Source: Eledone cirrhosa (Eukaryota). Taken from it: a stretch of DNA of 64,000 bases. Under the pieces are notes generated by a model that was not told the origin of the DNA, made no database searches, and was given only the letters and a program-made list of their open reading frames with translations. The position numbers and the translations under genes are program-made. Shown in pieces: positions 18,001 through 29,994 of the stretch (position 1 is its first letter; each line of letters begins with the position of its first letter). The stretch is from positions 431,954,001 through 432,018,000 of the forward strand of contig OZ024740.1 in assembly GCA_964016885.1 (NCBI GenBank). Reading direction: 5' to 3'.

Positions 18001-21000
18001 AATATACTAGTTAAAGATGAACGCCTGATAGTACCACAGATATACTAGTTAAAGATGAACACCTGATAGTACCACAGATTTACTAGTTAAAGATGAACAC
18101 CTGATAGTACCACAGATATACTAGTTAAAGATGAACACCTGATAGTACCCCAGATATACTAGTTAAAGAGGAACACCTGATAGTATTACAGATATACTAG
18201 TTAAAGATGAACGCCTGATAGTACCACAGATATACTAGTTAAAGATGAACACCTGATAGTACCACAGATTTACTAGTTAAAGATGAACACCTGATAGTAC
18301 CACAGATTTACTAGTTAAAGATGAACACCTGATAGTACCACAGATATACTAGTTAAAGATGAACACCTCATATACTAGTTAAAGATAAACACCTGATAGT
18401 GCCACAGATATACTAGTTAATGATGAACACCTGATAGTACCACGGATATACTAGTTAAAGATGAACACCTGATAGTACCACAGGTATACTAGTTAAAGAT
18501 AAACACATGGTAGTACGACAGATATACTAGTTAAGGATAAACACCTGATAGTACCACAGATATACTAGTTAAAGATGAACACCTGATAGTACGACAGATA
18601 TACTAGTTAAACATAAACACCTGATAGTACGACAGATATACTAGTTAAAGATAAACACCTGATAGAAAACACAGATATACTAGTTAAAGATGAACGCCTG
18701 ATAGTACCACAGATATACTAGTTAAAGATCAACACCTGATAGTATCACAGATATACTAGTTAAAGATAAACACCTGATAGAAAACACAGATATACTAGTT
18801 AAAGATGAACACATGATAGTACCACAGATATACTAGTTAAAGATGAACCCCTGATAGTACCACAGATATACTAGTTAAAGATGAACACCTGATATACTAG
18901 TTAAAGATGAACACCTGATAGTAATCACAGATATACTAGTTAAAGATGAACACCTGATACTACCACAGATATACTAGTTAAAGATGAACACCTGATAGTA
19001 CCACAGATATACTAGTTAAAGATGAACACCTGATAGTACCACAGATATACTAGTTAAAGATGAACGCCTGATAGTACCACAGATATACTAGTTAAAGATG
19101 AACGCCTGATAGTACCACAGATATACTAGTTAAAGATGAACACCTGATAGTACCACAGATATACTAGTTAAAGATGAACGCCTGATAGTACCACAGATAT
19201 ACTAGTTAAAGATGAACACCTGATATACTAGTTAAAGATGAACACCTGATAGTACCACAGATATACTAGTTAAAGATGAACCCCTGATAGTACCACAGAT
19301 ATACTAGTTAAAGATGAACGCCTGATATACTAGTTAAAGATGAACACCTGATAGTACCACATATATACTAGTTAAAGATGAACACCTGATAGTACCACAG
19401 ATATACAAGTTATAGATTAACACCTGATAGTACCACAGATATACTAGTTAAAGATGAACGCCTGATAGTACCACAGATATACTAGTTAAAGATGAACACC
19501 TGATAGTACCACCGATATACTAGTTAAAGATGAACGCCTGATAGTACCACAGTTATACTAGTTAAAGATGAACGCCTGATAGTACCACAGATATACTAGT
19601 TAAAGATGAATGCATGATAGTACCACAAATATACTAGTTAAAGATGAATGCCTGATAGTACCACAGATATACTAGTTAAAGATGAATACCTGATAGTACC
19701 ACAGATTTACTAGTTAAAGATGAACACCTGATAGTACCACAGATATACTAGTTAAAGATGAACACATGATAGTACCCCAGATATACTAGTTAAAGAGGAA
19801 CACCTGATAGTATTACAGATATACTAGTTAAAGATGAACGCCTGATAGTACCACAGATATACTAGTTAAAGATGAACACCTGATAGTACCACAGATTTAC
19901 TAGTTAAAGATGAACACCTGATAGTACCACAGATTTACTAGTTAAAGATGAACACCTGATAGTACCACAGATATACTAGTTAAAGATGAACACCTGATAG
20001 TACCACAGATATACTAGTTAAAGATGAACACCTGATAGTACCACAGATATACTAGTTAAAGATGAACACCTGATAGTACCACAGATATACTAGTTAAAGA
20101 TGAACACCTGATAGTACCACAGATATACTAGTTAAAGATGAATGCATGATAGTATCACAGATATACTAGTTAAAGATGAACGCCTGAGAGTACCACAGAT
20201 ATACTAGTTAAAGATGAACACCTGATAGTACCACAGATATACTAGTTAAAGATGTATGCATGATAGTACCACAAATATACTAGTTAAAGATGAACGCCTG
20301 ATAGTACCAGAGATATACTAGTTAAAGATGAACACCTGATAGTACCACAGATTTACTAGTTAAAGATGAACACCTGATAGTACCACAGATATACTAGTTA
20401 AAGATGAACGCCTGATAGTACGACAGATATACTAGTTAAAGATGAACACCTGATAGTACGACAGATATACTAGTTAAAGATGAATGCATGATAGTACCAC
20501 AAATATACTAGTTAAAGATGAACGCCTGATAGTACCACAGATATACTAGTTAAAGAGGGACACCTGATAGTACCACAGATATACTAGTTAAAGATGAACG
20601 CCTGATAGTACCACAGTTATACTAGTTAAACATGAACACCTGATAGTACCACAGATATACTAGTTAAGGATGAATGCATGATAGTACCACAAATATACTA
20701 GTTAAAGATGAACGCCTGATAGTACCACAGATATACTAGTTAAAGAGGAACACCTGATAGTACCACAGATATACTAGTTAAAGAGGAACACCTGATAGTA
20801 CCACAGATATACTAGTTAAAGATGAACGCCTGATAGTACCACAGATATACTAGTTAAAGATTAACGCCTGATAGTACCACAGATATACTAGTTAAAGATG
20901 AACACCTGATAGTACCACACATATACTAGTTAAAGATGAACACCTGATAGTACCAGATATATACTAGTTAAAAATGAACACCTGATAGTAACACAAATAT

Positions 21001-24000
21001 ACTAGTTAAAGATGAACACCTGATAGTAACACAAATATACTAGTTAAAGATGAACACCAGATAAACTAGTTAAAGATGAACACCTGATAGTACCACAGAT
21101 ATACTAGTTAAAGATAAACACCTGATAGTACCACAGATATACTAGTTAATGATGAACACCTGATAGTACCACATATATACTAGTTAAAGATGAATGCCTG
21201 ATAGTACCACAGATATACTAGTTAAAGATGAAGGCCTGATAGTACCACAGATATTCTAGTTAAAGATGAACACCTGATAGTACCACATATATACTAGTTA
21301 AAGATGAACACATGATAGTATCACAGATATATTAGTTAAACATAAACACCTGATAGAACCGCAGATATACTAGTTAAAGATAAACACCTGATAGTAATCA
21401 CAGATATACTAGTTAAAGATAAACACCTGATAGTACCACAGATACACTAGTTAAAGATAAACACCTGATAGTAAACACAGATATACTAGTTAAAGATGAA
21501 CACCTGATAGTACCACAGATATGCTAGTTAAAGATAAACACCTGATAGTAATCACAGATATACTAGTTAAATATGAAAACCTGATAGTACTACAGATATA
21601 CTAGTTAAAGATGAACACCTGATAGTACCACACATATACTAGTTAAAGATAAACACCTGATAGTACGACAGATATACTACTTAAAGATAAACACCCGATA
21701 GTACCACAGATATACTAGTTAAAGATGAACACCTGATAGTACCACAGATATACTAGTTAAAGATGAACACCTGATAGTACCACAGATATACTAGTTAAAG
21801 ATGAACACCTCATATACTAGTTAAAGATGAACACCTGATAGTGCCACAGATATACTAGTTAATGATGAACACCTGATAGTACCACGGATATACTAGTTAA
21901 AGATGAACACCTGATAGTACCACAGGTATACTAGTTAAAGATAAACACATGATAGTACGACAGATATACTAGTTAAGGATAAACACCTGATAGTACCACA
22001 GATATACTAGTTAAAGATGAACACCTGATAGTACGACAGATATACTAGTTAAACATAAACACCTGATAGTACGACAGATATACTAGTTAAAGATCAACAC
22101 CTGATAGTACCACAGATATACTAGTTAAAGATGAACACCTAATAGTAATCACAGATATACTAGTTAAAGATGAACACCTGATACTACCACAGATATACTA
22201 GTTAAAGATGAACACCTGATAGTACCACAGATATACTAGTTAAAGATGAACACTTGATAGTACCACAGATATACTAGTTAAAGATGAACGCCTGATAGTA
22301 CCACAGATATACTAGTTAAAGATGAACGCCTGATAGTACCACAGATATACTAGTTAAAGATGAACACCTGATATACTAGTTAAAGATGAACACCTGATAG
22401 TACCACAGATATACTAGTTAAAGATGAACCCCTGATATACTAGTTAAAGATGAACACCTGATAGTACCACAGATATACTAGTTAAAGATGAACACCTGAT
22501 AGTACCACAGATATACTAGTTAAAGATGAACACGTGATAGTACCACAGATATACTAGTTAAAGATGAACGCCTGATATACTAGTTAAAGATGAACACCTG
22601 ATAGTACCACAGATATACTAGTTAAAGATGAACCCCTGATAGTACCACAGATATACTAGTTAAAGATGAACACCTGATAGTACCACAGATATACTAGTTA
22701 AAGATGAACGCCTGATATACTAGTTAAAGATGAACACCTGATAGTACCACAGATATACTAGTTAATGATGAACCCCTGATAGTACCACAGATATACTAGT
22801 TAAAGATGAACGCCTGATAGTACCACAGATATACTAGTTACAGATGAACCCCTGATAGTACCACAGATATACTAGTTAAAGATGAACCCCTGATAGTACC
22901 ACAGATATACTAGTTAAAGATGAACCCCTGATAGTACCACAGATATACTAGTTAAAGATGAACGCCTGATAGTACCACAGTTATACTAGTTAAAGATGAA
23001 TGCCTGATAGTACCACAGATATACTAGTTAAAGATGAATGCATGATATTACCACAAATATACTAGTTAAAGATGAACGCCTGATAGTACCACAGATATAC
23101 TAGTTAAAGATGAACACCTGATAGTACCACAGATATACTAGTTAAAGATGAACACCTGATAGTACCACAGATATACTAGTTAAAGATGAACGCCTGATAG
23201 TACCACAGATATACTAGTTAAAGATTAACACCTGATAGTACCACAGATATACTAGTTAAAGATGAATGCATGATAGTACCACAAATATACTAGTTAAAGA
23301 TGAACGCCTGATAGTACCACAGATATACTAGTTAAAGATGAACACCTGATAGTACCACAGATTTACTAGTTAAAGATGAACACTTGATAGTACCACAGAT
23401 ATACTAGTTAAAGATGAACGCCTGATAGTACGACAGATATACTAGTTAAAGATGAACACCTGATAGTACCACAGATATAGTAGTTAAAGAAGGACACCTG
23501 ATAGTACCACAGATATACTAGTTAAAGATGAACACCTGATAGTACGACAGATATACTAGTTAAAGATGAATGCATGATAGTACCACAAATATACTAGTTA
23601 AAGATGAACGCCTGATAGTACCACAGATATACTAGTTAAAGAGGGACACCTGATAGTACCACAGATATACTAGTTAAAGATGAACGCCTGATAGTACCAC
23701 AGATATACTAGTTAAAGATGAACACCTGATAGTACCACAGATATACTAGTTAAAGATGAATGCATGATAGTACCACAAATATACTAGTTAAAGATGAACG
23801 CCTGATAGTACCACAGATATACTAGTTAAAGATGAACACCTGGTGGTACCACAGATTTACTAGTTAAAGATGAACACCTGATAGTACCACAGATATACTA
23901 GTTAAAGATGAACACCTGATAGTACCCCAGATATACTAGTTAAAGAGGAACACCTGATAGTACCACAGATATACTAGTTAAAGATGAACGCCTGATAGTA

Positions 24001-25300
24001 CCACAGATATACTAGTTAAAGATGAACACCTGATAGTACCACATATATACTAGTTAAAGATGAACGCCTGATAGTACCACAGATATACTAGTTAAAGATG
24101 AACACCTGATAGTACCACACATATACTAGTTAAAGATGAACACCTGATAGTACCACATTTATACTAGTTAAAAATGAACACCTGATAGTACCACAAATAT
24201 ACTAGTTAAAGATGAACACCTGATAGTACCACAGATATACTAGTTAGAGATGAACACCTGCTAGTACCACAGATATTCTAGTTAAAGATGAACATCTGAT
24301 AGTACCACAGATATACTAGTTAATGATGAACACCTGATAGTACCACAGATATACTAGTTAAAGATGAATGCATGATAGTACCACACATATACTAGTTAAA
24401 GATTAACACCTGATAGTACCACAGATATACTAGTTAAAGATGAACACCTGATAGTACCACACATATACTAGTTAAAGATGAACGCCTGATATACTAGTTA
24501 AAGATGAACACCTGATAGTACCACAGATATACTAGTTAAAGATGAACGCCTGATATACTAGTTAAAGATGAACACCTGATAGTACCACACATATACTAGT
24601 TAAAGATTAACACCTGATAGTACCACATATATACTAGTTAAAGATGAACACCTGATAGTACCACACATATACTAGTTAAAGATAAACGCCTGATATACTA
24701 GTTAAAGATGAACACCTGATAGTACCACACATATACTAGTTAAAGATTAACACCTGATAGTACCACAGATATACTAGTTAAAGATGAACACCTGATAGTA
24801 CCGCAGATATACTAGTTAAAGATGAACACCTGATAGTACCACACATATACTAGTTAAAGATAAACGCCTGATATACTAGTTAAAGATGAACACCTGATAG
24901 TACCACACATATACTAGTTAAAGATTAACACCTGATAGTACCGCAGATATACTAGTTAAAGATGAACACCTGATAGTACCACAGATATACTAGTTAAAGA
25001 TGAACACCTGATAGTACCACACATATACTAGTTAAAGATTAACACCTGATAGTACCACAGATATACTAGTTAAAGATGAACACCTGATAGTACCACACAT
25101 ATACTAGTTAAAGATAAACGCCTGATATACTAGTTAAAGATGAACACCTGATAGTACCACACATATACTAGTTAAAGATTAACACCTGATAGTACCACAG
25201 ATATACTAGTTAAAGATGAACACCTGATAGTACCGCAGATATACTAGTTAAAGATTAACACCTGATAGTACCACACATATGCTAGTGAAAGATGAACGCC
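1..25300. repeat. 38-bp tandem satellite array (consensus GATAGTACCACAGATATACTAGTTAAAGATGAACACCT), roughly 680 units, continuing past the left edge
   Basis: Seen directly: uninterrupted head-to-tail repeats with an ACTAGT (SpeI) core in almost every unit. Length variants of 26, 36 and 39 bp recur. The last, degenerate unit ends ...GCTAGTGAAAGATGAACGCC at 25300. The unit count is an estimate. Confidence 0.98.
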
Positions 25301-25324
25301 ACACTGCAACAAGAGAAAAGCCTC

Positions 25325-25402
25325 CTGTTCAATTTCCTGACATTTGGACATTATTCTATGTACTATATATGCACCTTTGATGAGTTGTAGTGCACCTGAG
25401 CA
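25325..25402 (+). mobile_element. About 80-bp 3'-UTR fragment of the same CR1-type LINE family as 28278-29555
   Basis: CTGTTCAATTTCCTGA...TTTGATGAGTTGTAGTGCACCTGAGCA aligns by eye to 29449-29527; the 3' 27 nt are identical. Confidence 0.85.
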
Positions 25403-25570
25403 ATCATCATCATCACCATTTTACATCCATAGGCCAGGTAGGTAGTCCGCATCAACAAACAAGTCTGGCCAGGATTAGCCACACCGAACCTTGCTCCAAC
25501 GGTACTCTAAATTTGGCCGAGCTTTCTACAGCTGGATGCCCTTCCTAACACCAACCACATTTACAGTGTG
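25403..25570 (-). mobile_element. Degenerate interspersed-repeat fragment with a (CAT)n end, probably a retroposon 3' end on the minus strand
   Basis: (ATC)n microsatellite followed about 120 nt later by TTTCTACAGCTGGATGCCCTTCCTAACACCAACCAC, a motif I recall from abundant octopus repeats. Family and boundaries are not verified. Confidence 0.4.
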
Positions 25571-25653
25571 GGACTGATGGCACCAAGGATCCATAGTTTG
25601 GTATGTTTTACTTCCATCAACCAACAATTCAACAAGTTAATAATATAACTTAC

Positions 25654-25768
25654 CTGCCACAGATTTCGCTCCTATAAGTCGTTGTATCAATGAATAAATA
25701 GGGACATTTGTAACACACAATATAATTAAGGTGACACAGGTGTGGAATATGAGAATAACCAGGTGGAG
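25654..25768 (-). CDS. PIGQ: PIGQ (GPI1; phosphatidylinositol N-acetylglucosaminyltransferase subunit Q) internal coding exon, 115 bp; absent from the ORF track
   Basis: Acceptor TTTTATTTTGTAG| and donor G|GTAAGT. Translates LHLVILIFHTCVTLIILCVTNVPIYSLIQRLIGAKSVA(G). Its phase-0 start matches the phase-0 end of exon 27830-28022. Collinear with the human PIGQ segment as I recall it ([40 protein letters not shown]). Confidence 0.88.
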
Positions 25769-25786
25769 CTACAAAATAAAAATATA

Positions 25787-27011
25787 CAAGGTGTAACAGA
25801 TAAATTGGGATGATTTAACTATCTTTATTATAATTGGCACAACTTGGAAAAAAACACTGCAAATTTTATGTTCATGCCAATTTATTGTGGAGTATTTAGC
25901 ACTTATTTCAGTTCAATGTGACTGCCATTTACTTTCTCTACCAGTTCAATCACTTTACGAAATGATGTGCATGCCTTAACTATTTCTTCCTTTATCATTT
26001 TACCAAATGCTCGCTTGATCAAAGCCTTCAGTGAAGACACAAAGTTGTGTTGGATATTGCTTCAACTGCTCCCCATAGCCAAAAATCACAAATCTGGTGA
26101 GCTAGAGCCAGATATCTTAAGAGACAAACATGGGCAATTCTTCCTTCAAAAATTCTTGCACTCTTTTCGAAGAGTGGGTGAGTGTGGACTCCTGTACAAA
26201 CATCACTCTACATCATAATGCTTCCTATTCCAAGGCAACTAAGATTTTGAGATACTCTGCTGTGTTGATTTTAAGACCCACCTTAATAAAATGAGGAGGC
26301 ATCAATTTCCCATCACTTGCAACAGTTCCAAAGACCATATTGGAAGCTGGATTCTTGCTATACATAGCTGAAGGAACTTGGGAAGAGTCGTACACTATCA
26401 TTCGTGAGTTTTAACGGTTTGCAACTTTGTCTACCACAAAATTCTTTTCATCCATGAAGATGTGGACATCTCTGCCACGATGTTTCAGATGATTAAGAAG
26501 TTTAGGACTTCTTTCAGCTCAAATGGCTTTGGAGCAGGTAGTTAGGATGCTACGGTGTCTCCTCACATATGATTTCATATGGAGGTCTCACAGCCCTAGA
26601 AACAGTCATTATACTGGTTCCTTGATCTTGAGCCAACTTCACCATTGATTTTGATGGGATCAACTCAATCAACCTTTTAAGTTCTTCTAAGAAGCGAGGT
26701 GTGTGTTTTCGGTCACAGCAAGGACTGTGAGGCTTTCTCTGAACATCCTGACTTATCTTCCAATTGGCTACAACTCTAAAACAGTAGATGTATCATACTT
26801 TGTGTGTCTAACAATCTCCCCAACACTGGAATATTTCGGCAATTACACTATGGTTTAATTCTTTAACATTTATAATTTGTTCAATTTGAAATAAAAAATA
26901 GTACAAGTGATTATTGAAACTGGTAACATTTAAAATTTAGACTCCAAAAAAATCTATATAATTAGAAATATACCCATTTGAAACTAGTCCCAATTTACCT
27001 GTTACACCCTT
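25787..27011 (-). mobile_element. Full-length decayed Tc1/mariner DNA transposon (about 1225 bp; DDxD type, maT/DD37D-like)
   Basis: 24-bp TIRs CAAGGTGTAACAGATAAATTGGGA (25787-25810) and TCCCAATTTACCTGTTACACCCTT (26988-27011) are 21/24 complementary. TA flanks both ends (25785-86, 27012-13). An internal transposase remnant is present. Confidence 0.92.
25903..26850 (-). pseudogene. Tc1/mariner transposase pseudogene (frameshifts and stops)
   Basis: Manual minus-strand translation gives HTH-like SKSMVKLAQDQGTSIMTVSRAVR, then HIFMDEKNFVVDKVAN, KNPASNMVFGTVASDGKLMPPHFIKVGLKINTAEYLKIL, DIW/SSSPDL/CDFWLWG and KACTSFRKVIELVEKVNGSHIELK*, with the stop at 25903-25905. The 5' boundary is approximate. 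Confidence 0.88.
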
Positions 27012-27052
27012 TATATAACAAGTTTAGAGATTTGAGAAAACACAGATCAAGA

Positions 27053-27145
27053 AAACACTAACACACACAAACATGTATACACACATACACGTGTCTACAT
27101 ACACAAACATGTACAAACTCCCTAAGCACCTGGCTATACATAAGA
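27053..27145. repeat. Degenerate CA/TA-rich low-complexity tract
   Basis: ACACACACAAACATGTATACACACATACAC... seen directly. Confidence 0.7.
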
Positions 27146-27147
27146 CA

Positions 27148-27482
27148 TAAAGACCCCTCTTCAGTCATGAATGTCCATGGGATTTGCACCTAGAAAGTTC
27201 TCCTTCAAGATACAAGTCCAGGCAAGGTTGTTTGTGGAAGACCAGCAGTCACCCATGCATAACAGCCTCCCCTCTCCACACCACCAATGTTGTCCAAGGG
27301 AAAGGTAATGGCCGATACAGCTTGGTACCAGTGACGTCACAACTCTACAGCTGAGAAAACTGGCGTAACATAAAATAAAGTGTCTGGCTCAAGAACACAA
27401 CACATCACCTGGTCTGAGAATCAAACTCACAACCTCACAATTGCAAGCCTGACGCTCTAACCACTAAGCCATGAACCTTCAC
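27148..27482 (-). mobile_element. tRNA-derived SINE (about 335 bp)
   Basis: The minus strand starts GTGAAGGTTCA, then A-box TGGCTTAGTGG (27471-27461), B-box-like GAGTTTGATTCTC (27428-27416), and a CORE-like TGTGTTCTTGAGCCAGACACTT. Resembles cephalopod SINEs (from memory). The 3' boundary is approximate. Confidence 0.8.
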
Positions 27483-27768
27483 ATATATAAGATAGACACA
27501 AACACACAGACACATGTATAAACACACAAACACACTAACATATATACACACACTTACACATGTATAAACACACACACATGTATACACACACAAACACACT
27601 AACATATATACACACACATACACATGTATAAACACATACACATGTATACACACATACACATGTATAAACACACACACACAAACACACTAACATATATACA
27701 CACACATACACATGTATAAACACACACACATGTATACACACACACACAAACACACTAACATATATACA
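27483..27768. repeat. Compound (CA)n/(TA)n microsatellite with a higher-order 64-88-bp period
   Basis: ACAAACACACTAACATATATACA recurs four times (near 27526, 27590, 27677, 27746), separated by ACATGTATA(A/C)ACAC modules. Confidence 0.9.
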
Positions 27769-27829
27769 AAGGTTTTGCAATAATAATGATTAAAATGAAG
27801 ATAAAAGAAAAAAGTAAATTGTGAATTAC

Positions 27830-28022
27830 CAGAGTGAAAAGACTATAATAGACTGCTGTAGTTGGCAATAAGAAGAGAAGTACTGTGAAGAAGAGAGTAC
27901 CAACAAATAGACGGTCAATATCATATGATGCTGTATCTAACCTACAGCGAAGAACGTTCCATTTCTTACCATAAAACAGACGCCATAGAGATGACAAAGC
28001 ATAGACTTGGAAATAATAAAAC
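27830..28022 (-). CDS. PIGQ: PIGQ (GPI1) internal coding exon, 193 bp, conserved Gpi1 domain core
   Basis: Acceptor CTTTTCTTTTCTGTTTAG| and donor CTG|GTAATT. Translates (R)[64 protein letters not shown], which contains the Gpi1 signature [15 protein letters not shown]...[18 protein letters not shown]. No stops or frameshifts. Confidence 0.96.
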
Positions 28023-28168
28023 CTAAACAGAAAAGAAAAGTTAAGTTAGTTTCATTAAAATATTCATTTGAAAACTGGAAGATATTCTTATTAAATAATT
28101 CTTCAGCCAATCTAGCTTCGTCAATATTATTTTCAATGCCAGGTTGATATAAATAGAACAGGGCTTAA

Positions 28169-29656
28169 CCCTTTAGCATTTAAACCAGCCGTATCCGGCC
28201 AGAATTCTCACCTCTCTCTGTTCAAACCAGCCATAACCGACTGCTCATACTTATGTTAAGATAATGTTCTCAAAAACATCACCCGGATCACTGACAGCGG
28301 CTCATGGGTGGATGTTGTTTACCTTGACTTTGCTAAGGCTTTTAATTCTGTGCCACACAAAAGACTTATGGCAAAACTCTCTGCAATGGGTGTGAGGGAT
28401 GATCTTTTCGACTGGTTGAAATCCTTCATTCTCAGCCGAAAAGAAGTAGTCACGGTTCTAGGACAGCATTCTTCACCATATGAGATGTCATCTGGCGTAC
28501 CACAGGGATCTGTTCTTGGTCCCCTTTTGTTTGTGGCATATATTAATGACATAGATGTCAACTTAAAGAATGCCACGGTACTGAAATATGCAGATGACAT
28601 CAAGCTGTACCTTGAAATCAAAAGGACTGATCCTGAAATCTATAACTCTTTCCTACAATCAAACCTGGACACAATGCAACAATGGATCACAGACTGGCAA
28701 CTGAAGCTGGCTGTGGACAAGTGTACCACCATGCATTTTGGGAGGAAAAATCCAGCGTCCACATACTCCCTCCACAACACTGATATCAAGAAGTCCTCTT
28801 GTGAACGTGACCTGGACATTACTGTCAGCAGCGATTTGCGTTGGACAAAGCATGTCTCTAAGATTGTCAAGAAGGCCGAGGGTGTCTTGGCATGACTCAG
28901 CAAGACCTTTGTTAGCCGCTCTCCAGCCATCTATTTAAAACTGTATACAGCTATGGTACGACCACACTTGGAATTCGCATTATCAGTCTGGAACCCCTAT
29001 CTTGCTCAGAACATTGACCTCCTGGAAACTGTTCAGAGACGTGCAACCAAGTGCATACCCTCCATCAGACACCTACCATACTCTGAACGCCTTGCTTCCC
29101 TGGGCATGGATTCATTGAAGCTCCAACGTCTGGCAATGGACTTGGTGAATACCCACAAAGTTATTAACCATCTCGCCAATTGCAACCCTGAGCACCTTTT
29201 TGATCTCCATGTGTCTAACACACGTGGACATGCCTACAAAATCAGAAAACAGCACAGCTCCCATGACTTTCGTAAACATTTTTTCACGTTCAGAGTTGCT
29301 GAAGCATGGAACAAACTGCCTGCGTCAGTTGTTAGCTGCCGAGACACTGCATCCTTTAAGACACTCATGCTTCCCGAAATACACCAAAACTACACCTGAT
29401 GTACCCCTTCCATACACATGCACACATGTGTGTATCATGACTCATGCACTGTTCATTTTCCTGATGTTTGTACATTACCCTATGTACTATACATACACTT
29501 TTTGATGAGTTGTAGTGCACCTGAGCACTGTACACAATATTTCATTATTATTATTAAAATCTCATAGATTCGATATTATATGAGATAATTGTGTGAAATA
29601 AAATGTTTACCATGAAAATACAATAGTAAATATAGAGTAATGTGAATGCTAAAGGG
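28169..29656. mobile_element. Non-autonomous piggyBac-like MITE (about 210 bp of own sequence) split by a nested LINE
   Basis: TTAA|CCCTTTAGCATT (28165-28180) ... AATGCTAAAGGG|TTAA (29645-29660). This gives a perfect 12-bp TIR, CCC/GGG termini and a TTAA target duplication, the hallmarks of piggyBac. Confidence 0.82.
28278..29555 (+). mobile_element. 5'-truncated CR1-group non-LTR retrotransposon (RT C-terminal half, 3' UTR, (ATT)n tail)
   Basis: Motifs VDVVYLDFAKAF, SGVPQGSVLGPLLF, YADD, VRPHLEF..SVWNP and NTRGH. ORFs 28308-28895 and 28953-29399 are in the same frame, separated by one TGA (28893-28895). The element ends in CATTATTATTATT. The 5' boundary is approximate. Confidence 0.93.
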
Positions 29657-29994
29657 TTAAACATATCAGAGATACTGTGGTATATATAGAACCTCTCTAT
29701 AGATATATTGTAGCATATAGAGCCTCTCTATATCAGAAATATATATGACACATATGCTATGAAGGAATGATGCTAGAGCTGTGAAATCTTGCATGCATTA
29801 ATTTCAACTCTTCTTATTAATAACTGCATTGTTTCTTTCCAGGGACTATGTTGAAAAATAAACTATGGTCATTTGGTCATTCCATAAGAGTATCTTGGTC
29901 AGCCTATGAAAAGATTTAGCTGACCCTCATATTTTGTCATCTGTGAAGTAAATAAGTCATAGATCTGATCTGATATTTCTTCCCAAAACTTCAT

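Larger units (their letters stand above)
1..25653 (-). other. PIGQ: Inferred PIGQ intron (downstream of exon 25654-25768), at least 25.6 kb, containing the 38-bp satellite
   Basis: Canonical G|GTAAGT donor at 25653 on the minus strand. The PIGQ protein is not finished at this point, and I see no further PIGQ-like exon in 25301-25653. Confidence 0.75.

Noticed and set aside
1-25300. CRISPR array (repeat length in the CRISPR range)
   Set aside because: There are no unique spacers and no cas genes. Units are contiguous and the context is eukaryotic and intronic.
25967-26218. 83-aa plus-strand ORF
   Set aside because: It is the antisense shadow of the transposase pseudogene.
27405-27482. tRNA gene
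   Set aside because: The A/B boxes are degenerate, there is no convincing cloverleaf, and the sequence continues into a SINE body.
27435-27780. Cys/Val/Tyr-rich ORFs
   Set aside because: These are translations of the (TG)n/(TA)n microsatellite.
27755-27997. 80-aa ORF as a standalone gene
   Set aside because: It is a PIGQ internal exon. The start is a TTG, and the tail after 27830 is intron read-through.
28319-29505. Small overlapping ORFs around the RT
   Set aside because: They are alternative or antisense frames of the CR1 fragment.
28278-29555. RT functionally linked to the arrays (retron, DGR or telomerase-like repeat synthesis)
   Set aside because: It is an ordinary truncated, stop-containing CR1 copy with no sequence similarity to either monomer.
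29662-29690. Inverted remnant of the 38-bp satellite (CTGTGGTA)
   Set aside because: The match is only about 8 nt in AT-rich DNA, which is compatible with chance.
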